From Candidatus Zymogenaceae bacterium (GTDB lineage Bacteria > Desulfobacterota > Zymogenia > Zymogenales > Zymogenaceae), in the NCBI GenBank assembly GCA_016933535.1, contig JAFGAS010000086.1, forward strand, positions 74,392-138,391: a DNA stretch of 64,000 nt. The letters run 5' to 3'. Below, in pieces: positions 52,536-61,714 of this stretch (the first letter of the stretch is position 1; each line of letters starts with the position of its first letter). Under the pieces are notes generated by a model, which worked only from the letters and a program-made list of their open reading frames with translations, ran no database searches and had not been told where the DNA came from. A program made the translations under genes and the position numbers.

Positions 52536-53033
52536 CTACCGGGGGATACCGATAAGTTTTGCGATTCTCCCGCTTGTCCTGGACCCCCCGAGTATAACGT
52601 CGCTCACGACACAGAGCAGGCCGCGAGCATCAATGTCACTTCCGATTCGGATCTCCGGTATTTCCCGGCCCAACAGAGCAATGACGCTGACGGCAGGAGT
52701 ATCGGCCCTCCGAATCTTGCCCTGACGTCTCACCAGGCTCACTACCAGGTCAATAGTGACCTCATCGAGCACAAATGGCCGGCCGAGCGCCGCAGACACA
52801 TCGATGATTCCCACGCCCCTGATCTCGATGAGTCCCTTGAGGCGATTGGGCGCACGTCCCCGCAAGCCGTCAGGTCCGACAAAGATCTCCACCACGTCAT
52901 CGGCGACGAGTTGAGCGCCCTCATATAAAAGAGAAAGGGCGAGGCGGCTCTTGCCCGATCCGCTCTCCCCCATCAATACTATTCCCCTGGTCATCATTTT
53001 CACCAGGGTGGCGTGAATCGTTTTTTGTTTCAC
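52536..53033 (-). CDS. hprK: HPr kinase/phosphorylase, C-terminal kinase domain only
   Basis: IHATLV, GESGSGKS Walker A, LVADD, LIEIRGVGII. Confidence 0.85.
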   Translation of the reverse strand: MKQKTIHATLVKMMTRGIVLMGESGSGKSRLALSLLYEGAQLVADDVVEIFVGPDGLRGRAPNRLKGLIEIRGVGIIDVSAALGRPFVLDEVTIDLVVSLVRRQGKIRRADTPAVSVIALLGREIPEIRIGSDIDARGLLCVVSDVILGGSRTSGRIAKLIGIPR

Positions 53034-53066
53034 GAAATATTCGGAAATAATGTCTTCAGGATACTC

Positions 53067-53525
53067 CTAGAACTTCTCATCCTCCTCCTGAAGCACCTTA
53101 TAGACTTCCTGGGTAGTCCTGGATTCCAGGAGTCTCTCCCTGAATTCGGTATCTTTGAGGAGACGTGAAATCCTTGCCAGCGCCTTGAGGTGCATCCCCG
53201 CAGTATTTTCTGGCGCCATCAACAGAAAAAAGAGGTGGGCGGGCTTACCGTCGATCGAATCGAAGTTAACCCCCTTGGCCGATCTTCCAAACGAAGCCAC
53301 CAGTTTTTTCAGTCCACGCAGTTTACCGTGGGGAATCGCGATGCCGTCGCCGATGCCGGTGCTCCCGAGTTTTTCGCGTTCTTCGAGCACCGGTACGAGC
53401 ACGTTGACATCCAATCCCTCTTTCTTCGCAACCATATCGGCCAATTCCCCGAGAACTTCCCGCTTATCGTGGCCATTCAGGTCCGCATTAATGAGATCGA
53501 TATCTATAATATCCATGATCTTCAT
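53067..53525 (-). CDS. ptsN: PTS IIA nitrogen-regulatory protein
   Basis: EREKLGSTGIGDGIAIPHG, HLKALARISR; in the rpoN operon. Confidence 0.9.
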   Translation of the reverse strand: MKIMDIIDIDLINADLNGHDKREVLGELADMVAKKEGLDVNVLVPVLEEREKLGSTGIGDGIAIPHGKLRGLKKLVASFGRSAKGVNFDSIDGKPAHLFFLLMAPENTAGMHLKALARISRLLKDTEFRERLLESRTTQEVYKVLQEEDEKF

Positions 53526-53547
53526 GGATTACCCCCGCCCTGAAGCA

Positions 53548-54105
53548 TCAGATGCTTGTATTTTTGGGAATTATATGGCCGAAGTTATTGTCTTTTCTTC
53601 GATAGATCACATTCATTTCTCCGGTATCGGCATTGATAAAGACTATAAATTCGGATTTCGACATATCAAGCTGCATGGCCGCCTCATCTACGGTCATCGG
53701 CTTGGAATCCAGAGTCTTGGTGATGATCGAGGATTCCTCACCTTCCTGACTATAAGTATCTTCGCGTTTAATCGGGATCGGTTCGGTGATTTCCGCGGGA
53801 ATCCTGATATTGTCGGCCTTATGGCTTACCAGACGCTCCTTATGCTTCTTGATCTGCTTTTCGATCTTTTCCATGACCATATCAATGGCCGAATACATAT
53901 TTTCAGTCGACTCCCTACCCTTGATGGTCGTCTTTTCGGCATTTATGACGACTTCGGCAATCTGGCGATGCTTTTCAACCGAAAGCACGACCGATGCATC
54001 AACGGGGTTGTACACGTATTTATTGAGTCTGCCGATTTTATCCTCGGCATACTTCTTGAGCGCGTCGGAATTATCCATATGTCTGAACGTAACGGACACC
54101 CGCAT
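53548..54105 (-). CDS. hpf: Ribosome hibernation promoting factor (long HPF)
   Basis: VTFRHM, MYSAID, KPMTVDEAAMQL, NVIYRRKD; ATG 54105 with GGAGG SD. Confidence 0.93.
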   Translation of the reverse strand: MRVSVTFRHMDNSDALKKYAEDKIGRLNKYVYNPVDASVVLSVEKHRQIAEVVINAEKTTIKGRESTENMYSAIDMVMEKIEKQIKKHKERLVSHKADNIRIPAEITEPIPIKREDTYSQEGEESSIITKTLDSKPMTVDEAAMQLDMSKSEFIVFINADTGEMNVIYRRKDNNFGHIIPKNTSI

Positions 54106-54133
54106 GTAAACACCTCCTGTAATGTTATATCCG

Positions 54134-55513
54134 TTATATCCTCTTGCGTGAGCTTGATGAGAGAATACCCAGCATTTCCCGATACTTAGCAACGGTCCTT
54201 CTGGCTACCGTTATACCCTCCCGCCCGAGGGCCTGCGTAATCTTCTGGTCACTAACCGGCTTTTTTTCATCTTCATGAGCGATGATTTCCCTGATTCTCT
54301 CTTTAACGCTCTCCACCGATTTATCTTCCCCGTTTGCAAAGTATATCCTGCCCGTGAAAAAATACTTGAGCTCGAAGACACCCCGGGGTGTATGAATGTA
54401 TTTTCCGTTTGTAACCCTGCTCACCGTTGATTCGTGTACTCCCACATCCTCGGCAACCTCTCTCAAAACCATCGGCTTCAGGAAACCGACTCCCTTGTCG
54501 AGGAAACCCTTCTGGTGCTCCACGATGCTGCACGCAACTCGATAGAGAGTCCTTTGACGCTGTTGAATGCTCTTAATGAGCCACGTCGCCGATTTTATTC
54601 GGTCTTTAATGAAATCCTTCGTTGCGACAGGGACGTTTCGCGTCCCGGTGAGTATGCTCCGATAGAAAGAGCTGACCCTCAGGCGCGGCAGACCGTTGTC
54701 ATTGAGCGTGATCACGTACTCATTGCCGACTTTATGGACGTAGACGTCGGGAATAATATACTGTGGCTCGTAATCCACATACAGCCGTCCCGGTTTCGGG
54801 TCAAAGCCGGTGATAATCTCGACAGCCTTGGTGACTTCCGCAACGGATACCCCGATCTTCTTGGCAATTGCTGAGTAGTTCCTTTTTTCCAGATCTCGCA
54901 GGTGATCCTCAATTATCGAATGCACCGTCGGTGTATCCAGATCATAGTGCCGGGCCTGTATGAGAAGACACTCCGAAAGGCTTCGAGACGCCACTCCAAC
55001 CGGGTCAAAAAGCTGTATCTTCTCAAGCACTCCCTCGACTGCCGCGGTAGCGCATCCCATCTTCTCGGCTATCTCTTTCACAGATACCATCAGGTATCCG
55101 TCGTCACCGAGGTTTCCGGCAATAATCGCTCCGATTTCCGCATCGGATTCGCACATACTGCTCATCTTGACCTGCCAGATGACGTGATCCATCAGAGACG
55201 TCTTTTCGAGGCATACATTTTCGATGAAGTGCTGTTTTTCGTCCGAATCCTTAAATCCACTAACAGAGTAGGCTCCGTCATATCCCGACGAATAGGGGTC
55301 ATCCCCGATAATTCGATCCAGAACGGCATCACTCGCTTCAGGCTCGCTATCTTCCCCCGCCTCTTCGAGCATCGGGTTTTCCATCAATTCCTGGTTGATG
55401 TGCTCCACCAGTTCGAGCCGGGTCAACTGCAGGAGCTTAATGGCCTGCTGTAACTGAGGCGTCAGCACCAGCTTCTGGGTTAGCTTGAGCTCCTGTTTGA
55501 GTTCCTGAATCAT
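54134..55513 (-). CDS. rpoN: RNA polymerase sigma-54
   Basis: TPQLQQAIKLLQL, HESTVSR, RpoN box ARRTVAKYRE. Confidence 0.97.
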   Translation of the reverse strand: MIQELKQELKLTQKLVLTPQLQQAIKLLQLTRLELVEHINQELMENPMLEEAGEDSEPEASDAVLDRIIGDDPYSSGYDGAYSVSGFKDSDEKQHFIENVCLEKTSLMDHVIWQVKMSSMCESDAEIGAIIAGNLGDDGYLMVSVKEIAEKMGCATAAVEGVLEKIQLFDPVGVASRSLSECLLIQARHYDLDTPTVHSIIEDHLRDLEKRNYSAIAKKIGVSVAEVTKAVEIITGFDPKPGRLYVDYEPQYIIPDVYVHKVGNEYVITLNDNGLPRLRVSSFYRSILTGTRNVPVATKDFIKDRIKSATWLIKSIQQRQRTLYRVACSIVEHQKGFLDKGVGFLKPMVLREVAEDVGVHESTVSRVTNGKYIHTPRGVFELKYFFTGRIYFANGEDKSVESVKERIREIIAHEDEKKPVSDQKITQALGREGITVARRTVAKYREMLGILSSSSRKRI

Positions 55514-55768
55514 GGTGCGCCGCTATTCTCGAGACTTTCCGGTCTGAAGCGGCCGTTCTGTTACCGCCCCATCCCATCATTGTCCTATCGGCCTTTTCTC
55601 CCCTTTCCGTGTTCTTTCGTATCGATGATAACCACCCGATCTTCTTGCATCCCCGATCGGCTCTGCTCATCCCCCATCCTCATTACCGTAGCGTTTTCGG
55701 ATGTCTTATTGCTCCATTTTTATGTCTTTATATGTACCTTATTATTTAAGCACTTTGAGGGACTGGTG

Positions 55769-56512
55769 TCAATAGCTATTTGGTCGTAACGGCCCCACCA
55801 TACTACTGACCTCATCGGTATATGTTCCCTGACCCTTCCATATATAGAGCGGCGGAAGTACGGTAAGCTGCGTGCCTCCTCTGAGCCGGGCCTCAACCAT
55901 TACCAATTGTGCCCCCTCTCCCTGTCGCGCGTGAATAAACCGTACACGCTTGGCCTCAAAATCACCGGCGCGCAACGACATCATGATATCGGCCGTCCGC
56001 CACGCGGGGTAAATCAGGAAGAGCTTACCCCCCGGCTTGAGGGCGGACCCGGCCGCATGTACGACATCCGAAAGGCCCGCCATCGTCTCATGCCGGGCGA
56101 CGGTTCGCTCGTCATCGAGATTTAACCGGCCTGTTCCAACAGGTCGGTATGGTGGATTGGACACCGCCGTGTCAAAGGACATTGTTTCCGGGAAATATTC
56201 TATTCGCCGGAAATCACCGAGGATGTTCTTTATCCTGTCTCCCAGCTCGTTTTCCCGGCAGTTCTCCTGGGCAAACCGAAACAGACGTTCCTGTATTTCT
56301 ATACCCCACACGGCGCAATCGGGATATCGCGCGCAGAGCAACAGGCCGATGATCCCGACCCCGGAACCAAGATCAATGACCTTCTCGCGTTTTTTAAGGA
56401 TTACAAAAGACGACAACAGGAACGAATCGATGCTGTAGCGGTATCCTTTCCGGGGCTGGTGAATAACAAGGGAACGGGGATAGAGATCACCCGATGTATC
56501 GACCTCAAACAT
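55769..56512 (-). CDS. tRNA1(Val) m6A37 methyltransferase family (TrmN6/YfiC-like)
   Basis: QPRKGYRYSIDSFLL, DLGSGVG, NPPY, ARHE. Confidence 0.85.
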   Translation of the reverse strand: MFEVDTSGDLYPRSLVIHQPRKGYRYSIDSFLLSSFVILKKREKVIDLGSGVGIIGLLLCARYPDCAVWGIEIQERLFRFAQENCRENELGDRIKNILGDFRRIEYFPETMSFDTAVSNPPYRPVGTGRLNLDDERTVARHETMAGLSDVVHAAGSALKPGGKLFLIYPAWRTADIMMSLRAGDFEAKRVRFIHARQGEGAQLVMVEARLRGGTQLTVLPPLYIWKGQGTYTDEVSSMVGPLRPNSY

Positions 56513-56519
56513 TGTATTA

Positions 56520-57806
56520 TCAGGTGATCAGTCGATAAAAAACAAGTCCCGAGGCCGGCTTGGGGTAGAAATAGGTGCTCTTCTGGGGCATTCGCTCGCC
56601 TGCCAGGGAGGCGGCCTTTACCTCCTCAATCTTCGTCGCATTTACCAGAAACGCTATCGACGTTCCCCCGACTACCCGACCCAGCGCCTCCCGGGCGTCC
56701 TGAGAGTAGCCGATCTTCGGATCCACTATCGAGAGGAGACCCCGAATCAGGACGTCGTGGAGGACCGACACGTCCAGCTGCCTGATCTCGTCCTTCATGC
56801 CGGCGGGAAAGAATCGCGCGGTCTTATCACGGTTCGCGTCCGACAGCAGGAAATAGCGATCACCTCCCGGAAAGAATCCGAAGCTCCCCTTCCCTTTCTC
56901 TTCGAGCGCACGGATGAGGCGGCGCGCGCCTTCCTTATCATTTCCGAACGCCTGCACGGAAAATACCTCCGACAGTATCGGCAGCACCGCTTTAGGCTCG
57001 ATCGGCCGCTCGGTCTGGATTATCCGGTGACATGGAAGGATCGTTATCGCCTCTCCCTCCATGAGCGTGAAATAAACGGCCATGTACCGGTGGTCGTCAC
57101 CGGGGACTCCCTCTCTTTCGAGTTCGTCCCGGTAGGCCAGCATCGTCTCATAACGATGGTGTCCGTCGGCAACAAAGACCTTTTTGTCGCGCATGGCCGC
57201 GATAAGGCCCTCGTTGACTGCAGCATCGCCGCACCGGGTCAGGATGTGCTCCACTCCATCCCGGTCTTTATACCGTGTCACCTCCGGCGACGAAATGACG
57301 CTCTGGACAATCCGGCTCGTTTCGCCCTTTGGATCGGAGTAGAGAGAAAATATGGTGCTGAACTGACATCCCGTGGCGCGCACGAGGTTGAGACGATCGG
57401 CCTTCGGCCCCGCGTAGGTATGTTCATGGGGGAAAACGTTCTTCTTTCCCCACTCCTCGAGTTCCAGCAGCGCCAGGAACCCGTCCCTCCTCTTTGTCTT
57501 GCCATCGGGGCCGCGATATACCTCTGAGTAGCCATAGATCGACGGCGAGTCGTCGGGTACCAGCACCCCGTCCCGCGTCCAGTTTTCCAGGAAATCCCGT
57601 GCGCGAGTATAGCGGTTGTTTTCGTTCGTATCATCGGGGAATTGTTTTCCGAGCAGGAGTCGTATGACGTTAAACGGGTTCTGATCGTAATAGGACTCCT
57701 GGTCCTCCGGCGAAATGACGTCGTACGGAGGCGTCATAAGGTTTTCCGCGTAAGCCAGGAGCCGCTCGTTATAGCGAACGGAACAAAAGGCCTTGATAAC
57801 CGCCAC
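56520..57806 (-). CDS. DUF1015 family protein
   Basis: PPYDVIS, PHEHT..PKADRL, VADGHHRYET, MPQKSTYFYPK. Confidence 0.88.
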   Translation of the reverse strand: MAVIKAFCSVRYNERLLAYAENLMTPPYDVISPEDQESYYDQNPFNVIRLLLGKQFPDDTNENNRYTRARDFLENWTRDGVLVPDDSPSIYGYSEVYRGPDGKTKRRDGFLALLELEEWGKKNVFPHEHTYAGPKADRLNLVRATGCQFSTIFSLYSDPKGETSRIVQSVISSPEVTRYKDRDGVEHILTRCGDAAVNEGLIAAMRDKKVFVADGHHRYETMLAYRDELEREGVPGDDHRYMAVYFTLMEGEAITILPCHRIIQTERPIEPKAVLPILSEVFSVQAFGNDKEGARRLIRALEEKGKGSFGFFPGGDRYFLLSDANRDKTARFFPAGMKDEIRQLDVSVLHDVLIRGLLSIVDPKIGYSQDAREALGRVVGGTSIAFLVNATKIEEVKAASLAGERMPQKSTYFYPKPASGLVFYRLIT

Positions 57807-57901
57807 GGCGTTTACCCCAAAATAGGCAAAGAGAAAAAGCTATAGATAATTCCCCGAAAAGTCAAGTAAAAACGCGGCCCGGTGTCCGGTTCGCCCGCGC
57901 C

Positions 57902-58864
57902 TTATGAGCCGGCCAGGTCCCCAACCGCCGGGTATCCCGCGACCGACGTTGCGCTCAAGACGGCGTCCAGCACTGCTTCCTCCACGGCCAGCGCCGCCAG
58001 CGCCCCGCACACGCTTACGTCGACGAACTCCTTCCCCCCCGCCGATACGGCAAAAAGCGAATCGCCGTCCAGCATCGAGTGGGAAGGGATAATCGTGCGG
58101 GCCAGGCCGTCGTGCGCCATCCGGGCGATCCTTCCCAGATCCACTTTCGAATAATTTCCCGATACCGCCACCACCCCCACCACGGTAGCCGACCCCGGCG
58201 GCATAAACGGATAGGTTATCTCCCGAATGATTTTCCTCGGGCCGACGAATGATTTTTTGCTCTTATCCAGCGTCCCGGCGACGACATCTCCCGTTTTCGG
58301 ATCAATCACGTCCCCCAGGGCGTTAACGACGATAAGCGCCCCGACAGAGATGCCTCCCGCACCCGTTACCAGGGCGGAACCGATCCCGGATTTTACCGAG
58401 TATTCCATGCCGTAGAGCTTGCCCACCGTCGCACCCGTCCCCGCACCAACGCACCCCCGCTGGGTATTTCTATCCGCCGAGGCGCACGCCTCGTAGCCGT
58501 CGTCAGCACTCGGTGTCACCTCGCCCTTGCTCAACGGCAGGTCGAAGATGACCGCCGCCGGAACGATCGGCACATTCAGGTATCCGGTCGGCACTCCCCG
58601 GCCCATCTCGCGCATCCTCTTCATCACGCCCGTGGCGGCGTCAAGCCCGAAGGCGCTGCCGCCCGAAAGCACGATGGCGTCGGCCGTCTCCACAAGATTG
58701 AGCGGATTAAAGACGTCCGTTTCCCGCGTCCCCGGCGCACCCCCTCGCACGTCCACGCCGCAGCGCATCGCTTGGGAAAAGACGAGCACCGTCACCCCGG
58801 TGAGATCTTTCGCGTGGGTAACGTGGCCGACGGAAATTCCCGGAATATCGACGATGTGGCCCAT
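57902..58864 (-). CDS. P1/S58 (DmpA-like) peptidase
   Basis: DVRGGAPGTRET, LSGGSAFGL, GAGTGA, VNALGD, DGD. Confidence 0.88.
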   Translation of the reverse strand: MGHIVDIPGISVGHVTHAKDLTGVTVLVFSQAMRCGVDVRGGAPGTRETDVFNPLNLVETADAIVLSGGSAFGLDAATGVMKRMREMGRGVPTGYLNVPIVPAAVIFDLPLSKGEVTPSADDGYEACASADRNTQRGCVGAGTGATVGKLYGMEYSVKSGIGSALVTGAGGISVGALIVVNALGDVIDPKTGDVVAGTLDKSKKSFVGPRKIIREITYPFMPPGSATVVGVVAVSGNYSKVDLGRIARMAHDGLARTIIPSHSMLDGDSLFAVSAGGKEFVDVSVCGALAALAVEEAVLDAVLSATSVAGYPAVGDLAGS

Positions 58865-59015
58865 ATGACTCCCCCAGGTAATGGTTTAATTGACTTCGTC
58901 CCGACCGCAAATCCCCGCACGCACGACACAGCCGGACTCGCAATGGGCGCGTTCTCAACCCAACTCTGACCCGTTCATACCCATCCCAAGCGTTATCGGC
59001 ACCCGCGGGCGCTGT

Positions 59016-60341
59016 TTATTGTTTAGGCCGGCTGTCGACAACCCTCACCGCCTTGCCTTCTCCGGCCGGTAGTGTGCCCGCGGGGACCACAGTGACCCGC
59101 GGCGTGATCAGCAGCTCCGACTTGAGATCCGCGACGATCCTCTTTTCGAGCGCGCGGGCCGCGCCGCCGTCGGCGGCAAAGAGGGCGGAGTCCCCCTCGA
59201 CCCGGACCGTCATCCGGTCAATATGGTCCACCGTGTCCAGATCTATGAGAAAATTGTTCCCTACGCCGTCTGTCCGCATCAGCACCCGCTCCACCTGAAC
59301 GGGAAAGATATTGACCCCCTTGATAATAAGCATGTCGTCGGTCCTGCCGGTTATTCGGCTGATGCGACGGTGTGTCCGCCCGCAGGGGCACGGGTCGGCC
59401 AGGAGCCTCACCCGGTCACGTGTCCGGTAGCGGATAATCGGCATGGCCTGACGGTCCAGCGTCGTCAGCACAAGCTCGCCCTCGACCCCCGGCTCGACGG
59501 CCGTGAGGGTTTTGGGGTCGATCACCTCGACGAGATAGCGGTCCTCCCAGATATGCATCCCGTTTTTCTCGGGACATTCAAACGCCACTCCCGGGCCGCA
59601 CATCTCGGAAAGCCCATAGGAATTGAACGCGTCTACACCGTAAAACTCCTCGATCTTTTTTCGGGACTCCTCCGAATGGGGCTCGGCGCCGACGTATGCG
59701 CGGGCAAGCTTTGTGTCCCGCCGTGGGTCCACCCCCTCCTCGGCAAATATCGAGGCCAGGTGCAGCGCGTAGCTTGGGATAATGTGGACCGCCGTGGTGC
59801 TGTATTGTTTCATCAGCATGATCTGGCGTTTTGAGTTGCCCGCGCCCGCGGGAATAACGAGCGCCCCCACCCGCTCGGCGCCGTAATGAAACCCGAGGCC
59901 GCCGGTAAAGAGGCCGTAGCCCATCATGTTCTGAAATACGTCGGTATCCCGAAAGCCGGTCATGAACAGGCATCGGGCCAAGAGGTCGGTCCATTGGTCG
60001 ATATCATATTTCGTGTGAAAGACCACGACCGGCCTTCCCGTGGTGCCCGATGAAGAGTGCATGCGCACGACCTGCTTCATCGGCACCGAGAGGAAGTCGG
60101 CCGGCTCGTGTTTCCTCAGGTCATCCTTGTCGATAAACGGGAATTTATCGATATCCGTGGGCCGCGTGACCGACGCCTCCGACAGCCCCGAATCACCCAA
60201 TAACTTCCGATAAAAAGGAGCGCGCAGGGCGCGCCCGACGGTGGCCTTGAGATGCGTTACCGTGTGCGATTCGAGCCGGCCGGACCCGATCGTTTCCATG
60301 TCCTTGTTCCAGAATTCCACAGGCGTCCTCCTGCCGTCCAT
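59016..60341 (-). CDS. paaK: Phenylacetate--CoA ligase family protein
   Basis: HSSSGTTG, GYGLFTGGLG, GAEP, YGLSE..GPGV, RYRTRD, GRTDDMLIIKGVN. Confidence 0.85.
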   Translation of the reverse strand: MDGRRTPVEFWNKDMETIGSGRLESHTVTHLKATVGRALRAPFYRKLLGDSGLSEASVTRPTDIDKFPFIDKDDLRKHEPADFLSVPMKQVVRMHSSSGTTGRPVVVFHTKYDIDQWTDLLARCLFMTGFRDTDVFQNMMGYGLFTGGLGFHYGAERVGALVIPAGAGNSKRQIMLMKQYSTTAVHIIPSYALHLASIFAEEGVDPRRDTKLARAYVGAEPHSEESRKKIEEFYGVDAFNSYGLSEMCGPGVAFECPEKNGMHIWEDRYLVEVIDPKTLTAVEPGVEGELVLTTLDRQAMPIIRYRTRDRVRLLADPCPCGRTHRRISRITGRTDDMLIIKGVNIFPVQVERVLMRTDGVGNNFLIDLDTVDHIDRMTVRVEGDSALFAADGGAARALEKRIVADLKSELLITPRVTVVPAGTLPAGEGKAVRVVDSRPKQ

Positions 60342-60470
60342 ACCTTAAGATATTTTATTTATCACATCCCGGCATCCAAGTCAAAGAGATAAGAGCCGGT
60401 CGATTGGTAAAGGGAACAAAGACCGTATCCCCTAATAGACCATTGGGTATGGGTATAGATGCAAGAAGAA

Positions 60471-60486
60471 AAAGGGGGTAACCCAT
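60471..60486 (+). repeat. Copy 1 of a 16-bp repeat, AAAGGGGGTAACCCAT
   Basis: 15/16 identical to 61357-61372. Confidence 0.55.
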
Positions 60487-60555
60487 GAGGAGGCGCCGCG
60501 TCAGGGGAAACCGATCAAGAATAATTTTAAGATACTACCCCACTATCGCTTGGCC

Positions 60556-60584
60556 TTGACATCCCTGCGAGCCTGACATATAAG
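60556..60584 (+). promoter_or_regulatory. sigma70 promoter
   Basis: TTGACA-17 nt-TATAAG upstream of 60622. Confidence 0.6.
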
Positions 60585-60621
60585 TGTATATCATTATTGT
60601 GTAATTACTGGGAGGTGGGCC

Positions 60622-61326
60622 ATGTTGAAATCCTTGTTCTTTGTGTTCGTCGCATTCGCCCTCACGAGCGTCTATATTCAAACCGCGGACCTGGAGATAA
60701 AGCAGATCTCGTCGCCTTTAATGGCCGGGCTCGTGGCGATTTGCGCCGTCGTCGGGCTCGTCAAAGGACGGATCAAGGCCGGGGAAGGCATTGTATTTAT
60801 TACGGCATGGGCACTGGCGGCCTGCGGGGACGCGTTTTTCGAGATGTCGCGGCTTTCGGCAACACCGGAGGATGCAGGCAAATTCTTTGTGACGGCGGTC
60901 GCCATCTTTCTGATGGCCTACCTTATCTTTGGCGTCAGTTTCAATATTTACGCCGCGAAGACCGGACCGAGAACGTGGATGGTGGTAACGGCAGTTGCAG
61001 TATCCGTTATAATGGGCGTCCTCGCCTATAAGTCGCTACTGGTTCCACCCGGACAGGGCGCCCTGATCGTTGTCTATTCAACACAAGCGATAATACTGTT
61101 ATGCGGCGGACTTCTCTGCCTCATGTCGGGGAGATTTCATTTCGGCTGCATAGGCATTCTCCTTTTCTTTTCCGACTGGCTCGTGGGTCTGAGGGCCTTC
61201 GGAAACCCCGATATTGTGCCCCTTTTCGTGACGGAACACGTGCTCATACTCATCCTTGTTACCTACTACATCCCCATGATGGCGAGCATCGATTACTCTT
61301 TCAAGTTAGGCAGTTCAGAGAAATAG
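60622..61326 (+). CDS. YhhN/lysoplasmalogenase-like membrane protein
   Basis: About 8 TM; ACGDAFF, FLMAYL, LFFSDWL, TYY; GGAGG SD. Confidence 0.6.
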   Translation: MLKSLFFVFVAFALTSVYIQTADLEIKQISSPLMAGLVAICAVVGLVKGRIKAGEGIVFITAWALAACGDAFFEMSRLSATPEDAGKFFVTAVAIFLMAYLIFGVSFNIYAAKTGPRTWMVVTAVAVSVIMGVLAYKSLLVPPGQGALIVVYSTQAIILLCGGLLCLMSGRFHFGCIGILLFFSDWLVGLRAFGNPDIVPLFVTEHVLILILVTYYIPMMASIDYSFKLGSSEK

Positions 61327-61356
61327 AGATCACATCTTCAAACTTGAATAACTTAC

Positions 61357-61372
61357 AAAGGGGGTCACCCAT
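61357..61372 (+). repeat. Copy 2 of the 16-bp repeat, AAAGGGGGTCACCCAT
   Basis: 15/16 identical to 60471-60486. Confidence 0.55.
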
Positions 61373-61581
61373 TACGAGACACCGGAATAGAATACCTCGG
61401 CGCATGGTTTCATGTCATCAATCCTGGGAGGAGGCGGGAAGACGTCTTTACCGATCGGCCGGATAAAGACTTATCCTTATTGATATCCCGATAACTCCTG
61501 TTCCTGATCTGCGTTTTTGAGATCACTTCCATGAGCCAATACGCCTTCAAGGAGCTCCAATCGCCCGACTGCGCCCCTTGA
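61371..61581 (+). pseudogene. Decayed REP-associated tyrosine transposase (RAYT, IS200-like Y1) 5' remnant
   Basis: The frame from 61387 reads IEYLGAWFHVINPGRRREDVFTD..D, then a TAA, then MSQY..LQSPD. This matches the RAYT N-terminus RIEYPGAWYHVMNRG.RR..IF.D..D...MSNHYHLLVQTP. No valid start; HUH motif lost. Confidence 0.7.
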
Positions 61582-61654
61582 GGCAAATACGGTTCTACAC
61601 GCACTAAATTTATTGAAAAAAGGATCTGTAATCCATAAAAACCCCCGAATATTA

Positions 61655-61682
61655 TTGACAAAATCAATATTTCGCCTATAAT
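61655..61682 (+). promoter_or_regulatory. Consensus sigma70 promoter for yqeY-mutS2
   Basis: TTGACA-16 nt-TATAAT. Confidence 0.7.
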
Positions 61683-61714
61683 AAGTAAATTTAAGTGATC
61701 CATTAGAGGAAACC

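Noticed and set aside
52522-52632. Possible HPrK-RapZ fusion by -1 frameshift (rapZ frame open about 35 codons into hprK, with a G6 run)
   Set aside because: No canonical slippery heptamer or stimulatory structure; the SD + ATC explanation is simpler.
47195-55513. Mannose-type PTS permease inside the rpoN operon as a novel system
   Set aside because: Known conserved deltaproteobacterial arrangement.
61455-61600. 6S RNA or other ncRNA suggested by hairpins
   Set aside because: The region is better explained as a RAYT pseudogene; no 6S rod with a central bulge is visible.
61410-61703. 97-aa minus-strand ORF with a hydrophobic start
   Set aside because: Overlaps the yqeY promoter and the RAYT relic; its hydrophobicity reflects AT-rich DNA.
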